Below are positions 60,752-64,000 of a DNA stretch of 64,000 nucleotides, piece after piece. The notes beneath the pieces were generated by a model. It ran no database searches and was not told the origin of the DNA. It worked only from the letters and a program-made list of their open reading frames with translations. Source of the DNA: Scyliorhinus canicula (Eukaryota); the NCBI RefSeq assembly GCF_902713615.1, contig NC_052152.1, positions 35,129,810 through 35,193,809 of the forward strand, given 5' to 3'. Within the stretch, counting starts at the first letter, position 1, and the number at the start of each line of letters is the position of its first letter. The translations under genes and the position numbers were made by a program.

Positions 60752-61763
60752 TGTCACAACCGGGTGAGGAGGAATGAGTTGGCTCCTGTCTTTAATCAAC
60801 CCCTTTGTTGATCGCAACAAAAGTTTATTTAAAATTTTACCCTCGTAAATTATTTTCCCAACCCAAATGTATTTTTTTTTTGAAGGAGCCAATTCAACCA
60901 TCCATGTTTTCTTGAGCAAGAGTAAGTTTATTAGTTACTAAAAAAAAGAGGAAAAATAAATAATACATGCAACACACAAACACACACACCAGAAATAAGA
61001 ATGATGAGAGTCCAAGTGAAATTTAAAAGAATATACAAATGAAACCTTAGCTTGTCCCTTAGACATAAATGGTGGTATGTTGCAGCCGTTAAATTGAATG
61101 ATTTCGGTAGAACTGACTTTGGGAGTTTTGTAGTCTGTGAGAGACACTTGTGTGTCTCTGCAGGGATAACTGACGAGGCTGTCTTGTTTCTTCCTGTTTG
61201 CTACCTGTCTGCTAGACAGCTTGCCTCCAGCAAGAGAGAGATCACCTGCCTATGTCTGGAGGAGTGACTGAAGACTGCTTCTTGCTTCTGTTACACATTG
61301 TTCTAAAGCCAGTTTTTTAACCATTTTCTCTATGAATTCCTGGAATTGGGAAATAGGCACATCTTGCATCTGCCGTCTGCTTTCATCTCAGAATGTTTTA
61401 CACAGTCTGAGATATAAATCAACAGGGGATTGTCTTTTCGGATGTCTTATGAGATGTAGGAAACAGTCCAGGAAATTGTCTTCGCAAACACGGGAGATTA
61501 AAGCCCAGTCTATTGCATTTTCCCTACCTACATTTCTTTCAAGTGTTTCTGTTTGAGGTGGGCCTTGACACCCCTTCTGAGATGAAATTCCATGTTCTCA
61601 GGACATGTCTGTTAGTATAATCCACATAGGAATTTTCCAGAAAGTGGTCACTTTACAGTAACAGCCGTCAGGATCTTTTGTACTTTTTTAAAAACACAAG
61701 TCTTCTTTAAAAAGTTCAATATGCCTGGTGATAGTTGGTAAATCTGTAGTCCATTTTGTGACA
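60752..61763. mobile_element. About 1-kb solo LTR-like insertion
   Basis: Terminal inverted TGTCACAA..TTGTGACA, imperfect TSD ATGT/AAGT; interrupts a LINE fragment that resumes after it. Confidence 0.7.
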
Positions 61764-62316
61764 AAGTGTTGCTTGATAGTACTGTTAACGACACCTTCTC
61801 TCACTTTGCTGATGATTAAGCGTTGCAGATGATCGAGCGTAGACTGATGGAGGGATAATTGTCCTGTTTTGATGGGCAGACAAACCTGGTCAATTTTCCC
61901 CATTGCCGGATAGATGCCAGTGTTGCAGCTGTACTGGAACAGCATGGCTATGGCAAGGCTAGTTCTGGAGCATAATTCATCAGTATTATTGTTATTCCTA
62001 GTTTCCATCCATACTGATTCAGTACTATTGCTGGAATGTTGTCAGGATCCATAGCCTTTTCAGTATCCAGTGCCTTCACACATTTCTGTTGTCATGTGGA
62101 GTAAATTGGCTGAAGACTGCATCTGTAATGCGTGGGACGTCAGGAGGAGGGAAATGGATCATTCATTTAGCACTTTGGCTGAAGATGGTTGCATATGCTT
62201 CAGTCTTCTCCTTTGCATTAATGTGCTGGGCTCCCCCATTATTGAGATTGGTGATGTTTGTGGAGCCTCTTCTTTCGGTTTGTTGATTTAATTCTCCACC
62301 ACTTTTCATGACTGGA

Positions 62317-62976
62317 TAATAATAATAATCTTTATTATTGTCACAAGTAGGCTTACATTAACGCTGCAATGAAATTACCGTGAAAAGCCCGAGTCGCCAC
62401 ACTCTGGCGCCTGTTTGGGTACACTGAGGGAGAATTCAGAATGTCCAATTTACCTAACAGCACGCCTTTTGGGAGTTGTGGGAGGAAACCGGAGCACCCG
62501 GAGGAAACCCGCGTAGACACTGAGAGAGTGTGCAGACTCTGCACAGACAGTGACCCAAGCCGGGAATCGAACCTGGGACCTTGGCGCTGTGAAGCAACAG
62601 TGCTAATCACTGTGCTACTGTGCTTCCCTTATGTGCACAGAGGCTCAGAGATGGTCGCCTGTTCTTTCTATATTACAGGTATAATCTTTATTTCCACAAG
62701 TAGGCTTACGTTAAATGAAGTTACTGTGAAAAGCCCCTAGTCGCCACATTCCGTCGCCTGTTTGGGTACACGAAGGGAGAGTTCAGAATGTCCAAATTAC
62801 CTAACACCACGTCTTCCAGGACTTATGGGAGGAAATCGGAGCACCCGGAGGAAACCCACGCAGACACAGAGAGAACGTGCAGACCTCCGCACAGACAGTG
62901 ACCCAAGCTTGGAATCGAACCTGGGACCCTGGCGCTGTGAAGCAACAATGTGAACCACTGTGCTACCGTGCTGCCC
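62317..62976 (-). mobile_element. Two adjacent HE1-type SINEs
   Basis: About 62317-62628 and 62680-62976. Confidence 0.85.
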
Positions 62977-63313
62977 ACAAAGTCATTCTGAATCGGTAGC
63001 ATGACATGAAGTCTGTGCATAGTCCTGCTTTCTTTTAATGTGCAGTAACCCTTGCATTTACAAGGAGTGAGTACATGTTTGATACACCTCACCTCATTTG
63101 TAGAGAAGATGAGTAGTACCACGGCAGGATGGTGTGTGGATGGTTCGTGTGATGATGTGGCAAGCAAAGAGCTTAGGTCTCATCTATTTGTTGTGGGATC
63201 ACTTTTTCTTTGTCAGTTGCATGCTACTTACACTGTTTGGCATGCAAGTAGTCTTGTGTTAGTTTCACAAGTTTGACACCTCTTAATTTAACCTATGCCT
63301 TATGCTGCCTGTT

Positions 63314-63331
63314 ACTGCCCTCTGCTGGCAG
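63314..63331 (-). promoter_or_regulatory. CTCF-like binding motif
   Basis: Minus strand TGCCAGCAGAGGGCAGT closely matches the CTCF core, in unique sequence. Confidence 0.5.
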
Positions 63332-63766
63332 CAACTGATGAAACAGACAAATCGGTCCCCACAACAGTTTTATTTAATACAGCGATTTAATACAGCTATA
63401 TTTAACTCACTAAAACGTCTTATTTAAACAGTACCATACTTTCAAGACTCGCATGTTGAACTCAAACTACTACCCGATAGAGAGAACTTGGCCAGGCTCG
63501 CTCTGGAGGGATGTGCGCTGCTCTGAGTTCCCAGACTCGGGGTATTGTATTGCGAATGTTGGTCCCAGGTTATCGTTGCTGAAATCTCAAAATGTCCTGA
63601 TTTTTATAAGGTTTTAGTTAAACAATCCTGTATCCCATAGGCATCATTCATTCTTCTTTCTTGAGAGAGCCTTGTTTTTGCTGTTTCAATGCAAAAGTGT
63701 TATCAATAAAAAGTCCAGCTTCAAATTATTCTGTCTCTTCCCACAAAAGTCATTTGCTTGAGTTTC

Positions 63767-63991
63767 ATTTAAAAAAAAATTTAGAGTACCCAATTATTTT
63801 TTCCAATTAAGGGGCAATTTAGCTTGGCCAATCCGCCTATCCTCCACATCTTTGGGCTGTGAGGGTGAAACCCACACAAACACGGGGAGAATGTGTAAAT
63901 TTCACACAGACAGTGACCCAGGGCCGGGATTCGAACCCGGGTCGTCAGCGCCGTAGGCATCAATGCTAACCACTGTGCCACTGTGCTGCCC
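63767..63991 (-). mobile_element. HE1-type SINE with TSD
   Basis: TGAGTTTCA duplicated on both sides. Confidence 0.9.
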
Positions 63992-64000
63992 TGAGTTTCA

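Overview
Eukaryotic, repeat-dominated DNA from a cartilaginous fish, probably a shark. This is inferred from many HE1-type tRNA-derived SINEs, CR1/HER1-like LINEs, L1/Tx1 LINEs, LF-SINE-like copies and Penelope remnants. The main host feature is a multi-exon minus-strand gene (CDS about 34757 down to 15758) assembled by hand from GT-AG exons. Its four 3' exons splice in frame into a protein I recognise as the Cut8/Sts1 nuclear-proteasome tether/import-adaptor family. That family is characterised in yeasts and has invertebrate homologues, but to my knowledge is not described in mammals. Exon 1 encodes a D-box-like motif. Two exons of the N-terminal region are frame-disrupted, but skipping them leaves an intact 273-aa ORF. 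Two further CpG-island first exons of unidentified genes lie at about 7.4 kb (minus) and 45.3 kb (plus). There is one full-length but decayed Gypsy LTR retrotransposon with a possible self-priming PBS, five solo LTRs with target-site duplications (TSDs), and several nested L1/SINE stacks. Most ORFs in the supplied track are repeat-derived noise. All family assignments come from motif recognition, not database searches.
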